A DNA stretch of 64,000 nt from an uncultured Candidatus Rokubacteria bacterium (GCA_963708025.1 CAVPSB010000049.1:64001-128000); one strand, 5' to 3'. Counted from the stretch's first letter, positions 53,395 through 62,708 are shown. Made by a program: numbers and translations. The notes: generated from the letters alone by a model not told the origin.

Positions 53395-54375
53395 CTACTT
53401 GAGGAGCCCGCCCTTCGTCATCAACTCCCGGTGGAGCCCCTCGGCCCCTTCCAGCCACTGCACGAACTCCGGCCCCGTCTGCCAGGACGGCTTCAGCGCG
53501 CCCTGCTCGAGGTAGTCCTTGAACTCGGGAGTCTCGTAGACCTTCTTCAGCAGGCCCTGATAGAACGCCACCGCGTCGGGCGGCATCTTCGGGGCCCCGA
53601 AGATCCCGCGCAGCATCAGGTACTCGATGTTGGCCCCGAGCGCCTCCTTGACCGTCGGGACGTCACCCCATCCCTTGGCCGACAGCCGGTCGCCGTCGAA
53701 CACTGCCAGCGGCCGGACGCGATTCGCCTTCCAGTGTCCGGCGCACTCGATGGGGTTGTTCACCGTCGAATCGATGTGCTTCCCCACCAGGTTCGCGCAG
53801 ACCTCCCCGCCACCCTTGAAGGGGACGTAGATGAACTTGAGCCCGAGGGCCTGCTCGAGCTGGATCGTGATGATCTGGTCTTCCTGGGCGGTGCCGGTCC
53901 CCCCCATCTTGAACGTGCTGGCCTTGGCCTTCACCGCGTCAACGTACTCCTTGGCCGTCTTGTAGGGCGTCTCGGCGTTCACCCACAGGATGAACTCGTC
54001 CAGCGCGAGCCGGGCCACCGGGGTCAGGTCCTTCCAGTTGAACGGCACCCCGGTGTGGAGGGGCGTCGTGAAGAGGTTGGAGAGCGTGATGATGATGGTG
54101 TGGGCATCGCCCTCCTTGGCCTTGACGTGGATGAACCCTTCGGCTCCGGCGCCGCCCGGCTTGTTGACGACGATGAGCGGCCGCGGCGAGAGCTTGTACT
54201 TGTCGACGAGCGGCGCGATGATCCGCGCCATCTGGTCGGCGCCGCCGCCGGTGCCCGCCGGCACGATGAACTCGACCGGCTTCGTGGGCTCCCAAGCCAG
54301 GGCCGAGCCTCCGGCGACCGTGAGCCCGACACAGACGAGGAGCGCGATCCCGAGACAGAGCGCCACGTTGCGCAT
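53395..54375 (-). CDS. tctC: Tripartite tricarboxylate transporter periplasmic binding protein (Bug/TctC)
   Basis: Signal peptide; P.KPVEFIVPAGTGGGAD..AR, VVNKPGGAG, YVPFKGGG, VPT.KE. Confidence 0.93.
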   Translation of the reverse strand: MRNVALCLGIALLVCVGLTVAGGSALAWEPTKPVEFIVPAGTGGGADQMARIIAPLVDKYKLSPRPLIVVNKPGGAGAEGFIHVKAKEGDAHTIIITLSNLFTTPLHTGVPFNWKDLTPVARLALDEFILWVNAETPYKTAKEYVDAVKAKASTFKMGGTGTAQEDQIITIQLEQALGLKFIYVPFKGGGEVCANLVGKHIDSTVNNPIECAGHWKANRVRPLAVFDGDRLSAKGWGDVPTVKEALGANIEYLMLRGIFGAPKMPPDAVAFYQGLLKKVYETPEFKDYLEQGALKPSWQTGPEFVQWLEGAEGLHRELMTKGGLLK

Positions 54376-54470
54376 CGCGACACCTCCCGCGGTTGGCGCG
54401 GTTGGAGAGTGGAGGAAGGGGGAGAGTGTCCCCCTCCCTCGGGTAACCTCGGTCCCGCCGGAAAGTTCCC

Positions 54471-54565
54471 TCAGTTTGGGACCTCCCGCCCACCCCCCCA
54501 GCCCCCCTCCCCCACCCACCGGGGGGAGGGGGGAGCCGGAGGTCCCATTCCTTCACACACTCTCA
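54471..54565. repeat. Family 1 ~90-bp hairpin repeat, copy 2 (bounded by TCA/TGA)
   Basis: Matches 11010-11103; internal IR GGGACCTCC...GGAGGTCCC; right boundary is the stop codon of the beta subunit. Confidence 0.85.
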
Positions 54566-55579
54566 GTGCTTGCCCTCGACGTCCTTCCTGAAGGCGACGA
54601 CACCGGGCAGCTCCCACTTGTCCCACATCTCGTCGACCTTCCGCTGGAAGTAGACGAGGTCCTCCTCGATGAAGTGGGCGAAGCGGCCCTGCTTCAGGAG
54701 GTACTCCCGGGCCGGCTTGCGCGGGCGGCCCTCCACGATGGCCTTGGTCTTCCCGTAGTAGCGGACGACGCCGTCCTCCACCTCGTACAGGGGGAAGATG
54801 CCCGTCTCGATGGCCAGCTCGCCCAGCTCGTGGGAGAGCATCGGGTCGTAGTCCCAGCCCTTGGGGCACGGGTCGAGGGAGTGGATGAAGGTCGGGCCGC
54901 CGATGGTCAGCGCCTTGCGGACCTTGTTCATCATCTCGACCGCGTAGGACGCGCACACGGTGGCGACGTAGCGGCACTCCGGATGGCCGGCGGCCAGCAT
55001 GCCGGCCACGTTCTTCTTCCAGCGGGTGTGGATGAGCCGCTTGACCACGCCCGGGGGGCTGAAGGTCGTGTGAGCCCCGTACGGGGTGAGGCCGGACAGC
55101 TGGATGTCGGTGTTGGCGTACGACTCGTTGTCGTAGAGGAGGATCAGCGAGTTGTACTCCTTGTGGGTCAGGGTCGCGGAGATGGCGGCCAGGCCCATGT
55201 CGGCGCCGCCGCCGTCGCCGCAGAAGGCGATGACGTTGATGGGCTCGGTCTTCATCTTACCCTTGGACATGAGGGACTTGAGGCCGGCGGCGGTGCCGAG
55301 GGCCGCCGAGCCGGAGGAGCCGAGCTGCGTGTGCATCCAGGGCACCACCCAGGGGGTGGAGTAGTACGTCGTGTTGGCGACGTACATGCAGCCGGTCGAT
55401 CCCAGCACGATCGTCCGGGGGCCGGCCGCCTTGATCATCAGCTTCATGACCAGGGCCGACTCGCAGCCCTGGCAGGTCCGGTGACCCGAGCTGAAGTACT
55501 CCTCGAGCGTGACCTTCTTGACGCCCTTGAAGGGCTGGAGCACCTGGGTGGCGTTCGTGAACGTGGTTGTCTCGGCCAT
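54563..55579 (-). CDS. Oxalate oxidoreductase-like 2-oxoacid:ferredoxin oxidoreductase beta subunit (TPP-binding)
   Basis: GHRTCQGC, TGCMYVANT, GDGG...YDNESYANT.IQ, TPYGA.TTF.PPG, CPKGW. Confidence 0.9.
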   Translation of the reverse strand: MAETTTFTNATQVLQPFKGVKKVTLEEYFSSGHRTCQGCESALVMKLMIKAAGPRTIVLGSTGCMYVANTTYYSTPWVVPWMHTQLGSSGSAALGTAAGLKSLMSKGKMKTEPINVIAFCGDGGGADMGLAAISATLTHKEYNSLILLYDNESYANTDIQLSGLTPYGAHTTFSPPGVVKRLIHTRWKKNVAGMLAAGHPECRYVATVCASYAVEMMNKVRKALTIGGPTFIHSLDPCPKGWDYDPMLSHELGELAIETGIFPLYEVEDGVVRYYGKTKAIVEGRPRKPAREYLLKQGRFAHFIEEDLVYFQRKVDEMWDKWELPGVVAFRKDVEGKH

Positions 55580-55597
55580 CGCTGGTCTCCTTGTCCC

Positions 55598-56833
55598 CTA
55601 CTCGCGCACCCCGAGCCAGTGGGTCGGCTGGGCCGCCCGGCCGGCGTCGGCCGCCTTGAAACAGATGTCGGTCGCCTTGTACACGTCGTTCAGGGTGACT
55701 TCGCGGCCGCCCAGCCCGCAGATGAAGCCGATGAGCGGGGGTCGATGCTCGGCGTTGTAGAGCGTGGCCCGGACTTCGGTCGCGACGACCCCGGAGCCGA
55801 ACGGGGACCCGAACGAGTAGTCGCGGTCGATGACCCCGATCGCCTTCGCCTTGGCGAGCGCATGCGCGAGCTGACGATACGGGAACGGCCGGAACCAGCG
55901 GAGTCGGATCAGCCCGACCTTCTTGCCGTCGGCCCGCATCTTCCGGATCGCGACCTTGACGGGGAGGGACAGCGTCCCCATGCCGATGAGGATCACCTCG
56001 GCATCCTCCGTCATGTACTCCTCGAACCACGGATTCTCGGGCCCGCGGCCGAAGACGCGGCGGAAGTCGGCGTAGGCCTCCTCGATCACCGTGTAGGCGC
56101 GCTCGGTGGCCGCGTTGTTCTGCCGGCGGATCTCGATGACCCAGTCCTCGTTGACCTGGGGCGCCACCGTGATCGGGTTGTCGGGGTGGAGCTGGAGGTC
56201 GCCGCGGTTGTAGGCGGGCAGGAACTGGTCCACCCATTCCCGGGGTGGCACACGGGTCAGCGCCTGGGAGTGGGTGAGGAAGGCGCCGTCGGCCGAGATG
56301 GCGATGGGCAGGAAGACCCGCCGGTCCTCGGCCACCCGGTAGGCGATCAGGGTCGTGTCGAAGGCCTCCTGCGAGGTGTCGATCCAGCAGAGCAGCCACC
56401 CGAGGTCCCGGACGAACAGGGCGTCGTTGTGCTCCACGCCGAAGGCCCCGGGGTCGTCGAGGGCGCGGTTGCCGACAAGGGCCACCATCGGGATCCGCAG
56501 CGCCGGCGTCACCACCAGGCACTCCATCGCGTAGGCCCAGCCGACCCCGGAAGACCCGCAGAACACGCGAGCCCCGACGGCGGAGGCATGCTTGACGATC
56601 TCGAACTGGCTGTGCTCGCCCTCGGCGACGATGTACTCGGCCGTGAGCTTGCCGTTGGCGATCTTCTTGGCGATCGCCTGCATGACGGTGTCGTAAGGCC
56701 GGATCGGGTAGGCGGTGACGACGTCGATGTCGGCGAGCGTCAAGGCCTCGGCTACGGCCTCGCTGCCGGAGATCAGCATCTCCTTCTCTTCCAGGACCGC
56801 GGCGCCGGGCGCCGGGGTGGTCACGACTGCCAT
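55598..56833 (-). CDS. Oxalate oxidoreductase-like 2-oxoacid:ferredoxin oxidoreductase alpha subunit
   Basis: ISG..AVA, YPIRPY (not YPITP), EGEH.Q, GSSGVG, R.LD.PG.FG.EH.D, GLGG. Confidence 0.9.
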   Translation of the reverse strand: MAVVTTPAPGAAVLEEKEMLISGSEAVAEALTLADIDVVTAYPIRPYDTVMQAIAKKIANGKLTAEYIVAEGEHSQFEIVKHASAVGARVFCGSSGVGWAYAMECLVVTPALRIPMVALVGNRALDDPGAFGVEHNDALFVRDLGWLLCWIDTSQEAFDTTLIAYRVAEDRRVFLPIAISADGAFLTHSQALTRVPPREWVDQFLPAYNRGDLQLHPDNPITVAPQVNEDWVIEIRRQNNAATERAYTVIEEAYADFRRVFGRGPENPWFEEYMTEDAEVILIGMGTLSLPVKVAIRKMRADGKKVGLIRLRWFRPFPYRQLAHALAKAKAIGVIDRDYSFGSPFGSGVVATEVRATLYNAEHRPPLIGFICGLGGREVTLNDVYKATDICFKAADAGRAAQPTHWLGVRE

Positions 56834-56858
56834 CTGGATTCCTCCTCGGTCTGGCGAG

Positions 56859-58139
56859 CTATGCGCCCGGGGCTTCCGCGACGCCCGTGATGATCGACGT
56901 GGACGACTGGTGCATGTGGACCCCGGGCGGCAGCCCCTTCTCCGCCGCGTTCTCGCCCGGAATGCCCTCGGTGACCGGGAGGCCGCCCAGCTCCAGCGGG
57001 CCGCCCGCCAGCTCCTCCTCGTACTGTCCGCGGTACCGGAAGCCGTGAGAGCGGATGGTGTGGACCTTGTCCCGGCTCTTCTCCTGGAGCCAGACCCGGT
57101 AGGCATCCTTGTCCTTCCGCCACATCTCCCACTGGCTCGCGTTGTCCTCGAAGACCGCCTCGTTCACCATCGTGATGCAGTTGTGCACCGGGCAGACCGC
57201 CTCGCAGACGCCGCACCCGCAGCAGGACTCCATGTTGGCGTCGTAGAGCCCGTCGGGCATCACGTCGAAGCAGCTGTCCGGGCACTGGAGCCAGCAGAGC
57301 GTGCATTTCACGCAGGTCTCGAAGTCGATGACCGGCCGCATCGTGCGGCTGGAGAACTTCTTGAAAACCTGGCTCCGCTCCGGCCGGTACCCCTTGCCGC
57401 CCTCGATCGGCTTCCCGATCGGCAGCGACGGGATGGACACGCCCTCGCGCATCTCCCACCAGCGCGGCAGCTCGAAGGAGTAGGGGGTCTCTGGATTGCC
57501 CTCGGTGACCGGAACCGGCCGGCCCTCGATCCGCTCGTAGGCCTTGCTGGCGGATTCCACCTTCAGCTCGGACCCCCACTCGGCCTCCCGGATCGCCTGG
57601 CCCACCGCCTCGACGCTGAGGAACTGCGGGGCGATCTTCGCCAGGGCCCCCAGGAGCCGGACCTCCGTGTGGTCCTCCTTGTAGACCCACAGACCCGAGA
57701 ATGACGCCTTGCCCTGCAGGATCCACAGGTTGTAGACGGAGTCCTTCTTGTGGATGTCCCGGAGGAGGTCGGCCGGCCGCTGGGTCGAGATCACCAGCAG
57801 GTGGCCATTCGGGTGGAGCAGGCGGTTGATCGGCTGGAGGCCATACCAGGCCCAGGATTCCACCCCCTTGGCCAGGGTGTCGTCCACGCAGATGGTGACG
57901 TGGAGCTCCTTGGGCTCGTAGCGGGCCATGTGCTGCTCGAGCTCTTCCTTGGTATCGGCGACGATGGCGAAGTCCTTGGCCGGGACGCCGTTGCGCTGCG
58001 GGCTGTCCCCGTAGCGGCCGAAGGCGATGCCCCACCGCCCCGCCTTCCGGGCCGAGAGGACGATCCCCCGGGTGATGCGGGCCGCCAGGTTCTTCTGGAA
58101 GATCCCGCGGTAGACCACCTCACAGATCAAGTGCGCCAT
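56859..58139 (-). CDS. 2-oxoacid:ferredoxin oxidoreductase gamma-domain/2x[4Fe-4S] ferredoxin fusion (OOR delta-like)
   Basis: YGDSPQRNGVP.K.F gamma-domain motif; RTMRP..D...CVKCTLCWLQCPD and CCGCGVCEAVCP. Confidence 0.9.
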   Translation of the reverse strand: MAHLICEVVYRGIFQKNLAARITRGIVLSARKAGRWGIAFGRYGDSPQRNGVPAKDFAIVADTKEELEQHMARYEPKELHVTICVDDTLAKGVESWAWYGLQPINRLLHPNGHLLVISTQRPADLLRDIHKKDSVYNLWILQGKASFSGLWVYKEDHTEVRLLGALAKIAPQFLSVEAVGQAIREAEWGSELKVESASKAYERIEGRPVPVTEGNPETPYSFELPRWWEMREGVSIPSLPIGKPIEGGKGYRPERSQVFKKFSSRTMRPVIDFETCVKCTLCWLQCPDSCFDVMPDGLYDANMESCCGCGVCEAVCPVHNCITMVNEAVFEDNASQWEMWRKDKDAYRVWLQEKSRDKVHTIRSHGFRYRGQYEEELAGGPLELGGLPVTEGIPGENAAEKGLPPGVHMHQSSTSIITGVAEAPGA

Positions 58140-58202
58140 TCCGGGCCTCCTACCTCACCTCACCGGGACAGATTGCGAGCGCAGACCTCCGTCGAGGTAT
58201 GC

Positions 58203-58239
58203 TGGTCAGACCATAGGACAGCCCCGCCGATCCTGTCAA
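58203..58239 (-). promoter_or_regulatory. Sigma-70 promoter of the oxidoreductase operon with overlapping FadR-type operator
   Basis: Minus strand TTGACA-18-TATGGT; palindrome TGGTC-A-GACCA at 58203-58213 overlapping the -10. Confidence 0.7.
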
Positions 58240-58273
58240 GACCGACTTTGTCGGGCTCAATCCGGCCGCGGGG

Positions 58274-58672
58274 TTACCCCATCACGGCGACACGCTCCGG
58301 CTGGATCTTGTAGATCACCCGCACCTCGCCGGGGCGCCGGTACGGATACCGGTCCTGTCCGAGGTACTTCTTGGCCAGCGCGTCGATGTGGTCGTCGGCC
58401 CCCTGCTCGGTCATCTCCACCACGCGCCCTCGCACCGCGAGGTGCCGGTAGGGGTTGTCGGGGTCGAGGATCGCCAGCGCGACCTTCGGTGTCCGCCGCA
58501 TGTTGCGGTCCTTCACGCGGCCCTTCGCCGAGTTGATCCGGATGTGACTGCCGTCCCAGTCGAACCAGACCGGGGTCACCTGGGGGCTCCCGTCCGGCAT
58601 GACGGTGGCGAGGTTCGCGAAGGCCTTCTTCTGGAAGAGGTCCTTGAAGTTGTCTGGTACCGAGGCTGCCAT
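58274..58672 (-). CDS. PPOX-class (split-barrel) putative F420-dependent oxidoreductase
   Basis: A.LAT..PDGSPQVTPVW, GR.K.RN..R.P.VAL...DP.NPY..L..RG, ID.LA.KY.G...YP. Confidence 0.88.
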   Translation of the reverse strand: MAASVPDNFKDLFQKKAFANLATVMPDGSPQVTPVWFDWDGSHIRINSAKGRVKDRNMRRTPKVALAILDPDNPYRHLAVRGRVVEMTEQGADDHIDALAKKYLGQDRYPYRRPGEVRVIYKIQPERVAVMG

Positions 58673-58705
58673 CCATCCTCCTCTGGTTGTTCTCTGCTTG
58701 TTCGG

Positions 58706-58801
58706 GACGATCGAGACCTCCCGCCCACCCCCCCAGCCCCCCTCCCCCACCCACCGGGGGGGAGGGGGAGCCGGAGGACTCCATTCCTTGACACACGCTC
58801 A
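58706..58801. repeat. Family 1 ~90-bp hairpin repeat, copy 3
   Basis: Matches 54471-54565; abuts the TGA of the upstream PLP enzyme gene. Confidence 0.85.
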
Positions 58802-59995
58802 GTCTCCGGTGGCGCCGAGTGCGCTCTCGAGGGCTTCGCGCAGATCCTCTACATCTTCGATCCCCACCGACATCCGCACAAGCCCCGGGTCGATCCCGAG
58901 CTTGGCCTGCTCCTCGGCTGAGAGCGGGCGGTGGGAGGTCCGGCTCGGATAGCTCCAGGTCGTCGTCACATCCCCGAAGCTCGGCGCGAACTCGATGAGG
59001 CGAAGCGCTCGGAAGAAGCGCTCCACGGCCGGGGCGCCGCCCCGCAACTCGAAGGCCAGCATCCCGCCGAAGCCGGCCGGGAACAGCTTGGCGGCCAGGG
59101 CGTGCTGGGGATGCGTGGGGAGGCCCGGGTAGTGGACGCGGCGAACCTCGTCACGGCCGGCCAGGAATCGCGCCAGGGCGAGCGCGTTGGCGGAGTGCCG
59201 CTCCATCCGGAGGGCGAGCGTGCGCACGCCGCGGAGCGTGAGCCAGGCATCGAACGGGCCCAGGTTGAGCCCGATTCGAACCGCCTGGGCCCGGGCGCCG
59301 GCGATCAGTGGCGCCGATCCGGCCAGCACCCCGGCGGTGACGTCGCCGTGCCCGCTCAGGTACTTGGTCGCGCTGTGGTGCACCACCGCGGCGCCGTGCT
59401 CGATCGGTCGCAGGAGTGCTGGCGTGGAGAAAGTCGCGTCGACGAGGAGGTGGAGGCCCCGGCGGCGCGCCACCTCGGCCAGCCCCGGGAGATCGGCCAG
59501 TCGGAGCAGCGGGTTCGACACGGCCTCGACGAAGATCGCCCGCGTCGCCGGCGTCAGGGCCGCCTCCACGGCCGCCGCCTCCGAGCCGTCCGTGAACGAG
59601 ACCGCGATGCCCCAGCGGGGCGCCTGCTCGCGAAGGAGGGCCGTCGTCGAGCCGTAGAGGTCCCGCCCGGCCACCAGATGGTCGCCCGGCCCGAGCGTGG
59701 CCAGCAGCATCGCCGTCAGCGCGCCCATGCCGGACGCGGTCACCAGGGCGGCCTCGGCCTCCTCCAGCCCGGCCAGCGTCGCCTCCAGCATGGTGTGGTT
59801 CGGGGTGCCGAATCGCCCGTAGACGTAGCCGGGGCGCTGGCCTTCCCAGACCGCCTCCACCTCCGGGAGATTCTCGAACGTGTAGACGTTGGCGAGGTAG
59901 ATCGGCGGGGACAGCGGCCGCGATACCGACGCGGGGATGGGAACCGCCCGGGCGGCCCGCGTCGCGAAGCGCGCCCCTGACTTTTCCTTGGACAT
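58799..59995 (-). CDS. Cys/Met metabolism PLP-dependent enzyme (cystathionine gamma-synthase/methionine gamma-lyase family)
   Basis: Y.R.G.P, ASGM.A, E..SNP, VDATF, HSATKYLSGHGD, YPGL, SFGD, R.SVG.ED. Confidence 0.92.
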   Translation of the reverse strand: MSKEKSGARFATRAARAVPIPASVSRPLSPPIYLANVYTFENLPEVEAVWEGQRPGYVYGRFGTPNHTMLEATLAGLEEAEAALVTASGMGALTAMLLATLGPGDHLVAGRDLYGSTTALLREQAPRWGIAVSFTDGSEAAAVEAALTPATRAIFVEAVSNPLLRLADLPGLAEVARRRGLHLLVDATFSTPALLRPIEHGAAVVHHSATKYLSGHGDVTAGVLAGSAPLIAGARAQAVRIGLNLGPFDAWLTLRGVRTLALRMERHSANALALARFLAGRDEVRRVHYPGLPTHPQHALAAKLFPAGFGGMLAFELRGGAPAVERFFRALRLIEFAPSFGDVTTTWSYPSRTSHRPLSAEEQAKLGIDPGLVRMSVGIEDVEDLREALESALGATGD

Positions 59996-60184
59996 GAGTC
60001 TCTCCTTCGTGTCGCGATCGGTCACAGCCACTCAGTCGGGCCGGGGGGGAGCTACGCGCTCCTCCACCTCGCCGCGGCGCCTCGGTCCTGCGGCCCTCGG
60101 TGCGCCGCGTCCCTCCGGACGCCCCGGGCCCCCCCTCCGGGTTGCCCAATGCTCGGGCATCCCCGGCGATTCCCCCACAGCCAC

Positions 60185-61720
60185 TCAGACCAGTGGCAGC
60201 GCGGGTCGCGTGGCCGCCGGGGCCCGCCGCCGCCGACGGAGGGCCTCCCGCACGACCTCGCCGAGCCGCCGCACCCCTTCCTCGATCCGTGCCGCCGGCA
60301 GGGCGGCGAAGGACAGCCGCAGGGCGCGGCCGCCCTGGCCGGCGACGTAGAAGTACTGGCCGGGCAGGTACACTACGCCTCGGTCGACGGCGCGCGGCAG
60401 GAGTGCCCGGGCTTCCAGCCCCTCGGGCAAAGTGACCAGGAGCGAGAACGCGCTCTCGTCCGGCGTCGTCCACGCCACCCCGGCCGGCATGTGTCGCTCG
60501 AGCGCGGCCAGGAGCGCGACGCGCCGGCGCGCGTACTCGGCGCGGACGGTCCGCGCGTGACGCTCCAGGCGCCGCCGCTCGCTGAACTCGACGATTGCCG
60601 CCTGGAGGAGCGCGCCCGTCGAGAGATCGGCGAGCTGCTTGGTGGCGGCGAGCGGCTCGACCAGTGCGCGGGGCACCACCATCCAGCCCAGACGCAGCCC
60701 GGGAAACAGGATCTTGGAAAAGGTGCCGAGGTGGATCAGCAGGCCGCGGCGGTCCAGCGCCCGGAGCGGCTGTCGCCCGGCCTCGGCGTCGGCCGGGCCG
60801 CCGAAGCCATCCTCGACGATCGGAAGCCGATGGCGCGCCGCCAGCTCGACGAGCGCGTGGCGCGCCGCCGGATCGAGGGACACCCCGGTCGGGTTCTGGC
60901 CGGTCGGCTGGCAGTAGAGAAGCTTCGGCCGGTGCCGCTCGATGAGCGGCTCGATCAGGTCCACGCGCAGACCCGCGGGGCCGACCGGGACCGGTACGAT
61001 CTCGGCCTGGGCGGCCTCGAACGTCTGGATGGCTCCCGGGTAGGTCGGCTGCTCGAGCAGCACCGGGTCACCAGGATCCAGCAGTACCCGGGCGATGAGG
61101 TCGAGGCCTTGCTGCGATCCGTTCACCACGAGCAGCTCCTCGTCGGACGCCTCGATCCCGTGGCGCAGGAGCCAGGTCGCCAGGTAGCGGCGAAGCGGTG
61201 GGTAGCCGGCGACCGGGTGATATTGCAGCAGCATCCGACCCTCGCGCTGGACGACCCGGTTCAGCGCGCGCCGGAAGGCCTCGGTAGGAAACAGAGTCGG
61301 ATCCGGGCTCGCCCCGACGAATGACACGACGCCCGCGGCGGAGGCCGCCGCCGGGTCGAAGCCGTCGCGCCGCCGCGCCTCGGCGGCGAGCCGCCGCGCG
61401 CCCCGCGAGAGGGCGGCCTCCCAGTCCACGACGGGCCCCGCGGGGGCCCGCGCCGGCTCGGAGGATCGCCCGGCCGCCGCCGGGCGCTCGGCCACGAAGG
61501 TGCCCTGCCCCACGTGGGCTCGGACCCAGCCCTCGGCCACCAGCATGTCGTAGGCCGTGGCCACCGTGGCGCGGTTCAGGTCGAGCGCGCCGGCCAGCTC
61601 GCGGGTTGCCGGGAGCTTGGTTCCCGGATGGAGCACCTGGCCGGCGATGAGCCGCTCGACGTGACGCTTGATCTGGAGGAAGAGCGGAACGTCGCTCGCC
61701 CGGTCGAGCGGAATCTGCAG
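60185..61720 (-). CDS. MocR/GabR-family regulator (GntR HTH + PLP aminotransferase domain); start uncertain
   Basis: G.KLP..RELA..L.LNR.TV..AY..L...G....VG.GTFV; GSQQGL, E.PTY, QNPTG, GTFSK..FPGLRLGW. Confidence 0.92.
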   Translation of the reverse strand: MQIPLDRASDVPLFLQIKRHVERLIAGQVLHPGTKLPATRELAGALDLNRATVATAYDMLVAEGWVRAHVGQGTFVAERPAAAGRSSEPARAPAGPVVDWEAALSRGARRLAAEARRRDGFDPAAASAAGVVSFVGASPDPTLFPTEAFRRALNRVVQREGRMLLQYHPVAGYPPLRRYLATWLLRHGIEASDEELLVVNGSQQGLDLIARVLLDPGDPVLLEQPTYPGAIQTFEAAQAEIVPVPVGPAGLRVDLIEPLIERHRPKLLYCQPTGQNPTGVSLDPAARHALVELAARHRLPIVEDGFGGPADAEAGRQPLRALDRRGLLIHLGTFSKILFPGLRLGWMVVPRALVEPLAATKQLADLSTGALLQAAIVEFSERRRLERHARTVRAEYARRRVALLAALERHMPAGVAWTTPDESAFSLLVTLPEGLEARALLPRAVDRGVVYLPGQYFYVAGQGGRALRLSFAALPAARIEEGVRRLGEVVREALRRRRRAPAATRPALPLV

Positions 61721-61902
61721 GAGAGCCTCCCGATGTCGTCGAACGGTCCCGCCGCCGCCACGCTCGCCGGGCAGGACAGGGCCATTAGAGCCCAGCCCTC
61801 CGCTCAGTCGCAAGGGCCCACGTCTCGGGGCGAAAAAAGGTGGGCTGCGGGGCCCCCCGGTAGTAGAGTGATGGGCGGCCGGAACGCTGCAGGGTTAGCC
61901 TG

Positions 61903-61982
61903 GCTTCAATCAATCTCAGAGTCGTTCGGAGGGCATCGGTGCTATCTCTGCGCGGTTCAAGATGTTCTGACTTGATTGACGC
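61903..61982. mobile_element. Degenerate MITE-like element with imperfect terminal inverted repeats
   Basis: GCTTCAATCAATCTCAGA ... TCTGACTTGATTGACGC, an AT-rich island in GC-rich intergenic DNA. Confidence 0.45.
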
Positions 61983-62015
61983 GGGGCGCCACCGACCTGG
62001 TGGACGACGGGTTCC

Positions 62016-62708
62016 ATGACGGGAATCGCCGCGGTGATCTTCGACATGGACGGGGTCCTCGTGGATTCCGAACCCCTCCACCTCCGGGCCACGCAGGCGG
62101 CCCTGGGGACCCGCGGGGCCTCCTACACCGAGCGCGACAACCAGAGCTTCTTCGGCGCGACCGACGCGGACCTGCTCCGACTCCTGCGCATCCTCTTCAA
62201 TCTGCCGGACACGACGGCGGCGCTCGTCGAGGCGAAGACTGCGCACTTCATCACGATGATCCGGACCGAAGGGCGCCTGCGGCCGGGCGTCCCGGTCGTT
62301 CCGCTCACGCTGCGCCAGGCGGGGCTCCCGCTGGCGCTCGCCACCGCCTCGCGCCGGCCCGTCATCCAGGCCGTCCTCGAGCGGGTCGGCCTGGACCGGG
62401 CGTTCGGGGCGGTGGTCTCCGGTGACGAGGTGGCCCGGGGCAAGCCGGCGCCGGACGGCTTCCTGATGGCGGCGCGCCGGCTCGAGGTCGAGCCCGAGCA
62501 GTGTCTGGTCGTGGAGGACTCCCGGAACGGCGTCCTGGCCGCCAAGGCGGCCGGCATGCTGGTCGCCGCGGTGCCCTGCCCGGCCACGAGTCACGAGGAC
62601 TTCTCAGCCGCCGACTTCGTCCTCCCGAGCCTGGAGGCGCTCCTCACGCTGCTCGGCCAGGGCACCGCGGTGGTCGACCCACGGGGAGTCCGAGATGGGA
62701 CTGGGTGA
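62016..62708 (+). CDS. HAD-superfamily phosphatase (beta-PGM/CbbY-like)
   Basis: IFDMDGVLVDSE, LATAS, GKPAPD, VEDS.NG..AA.AAGM. Confidence 0.93.
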   Translation: MTGIAAVIFDMDGVLVDSEPLHLRATQAALGTRGASYTERDNQSFFGATDADLLRLLRILFNLPDTTAALVEAKTAHFITMIRTEGRLRPGVPVVPLTLRQAGLPLALATASRRPVIQAVLERVGLDRAFGAVVSGDEVARGKPAPDGFLMAARRLEVEPEQCLVVEDSRNGVLAAKAAGMLVAAVPCPATSHEDFSAADFVLPSLEALLTLLGQGTAVVDPRGVRDGTG

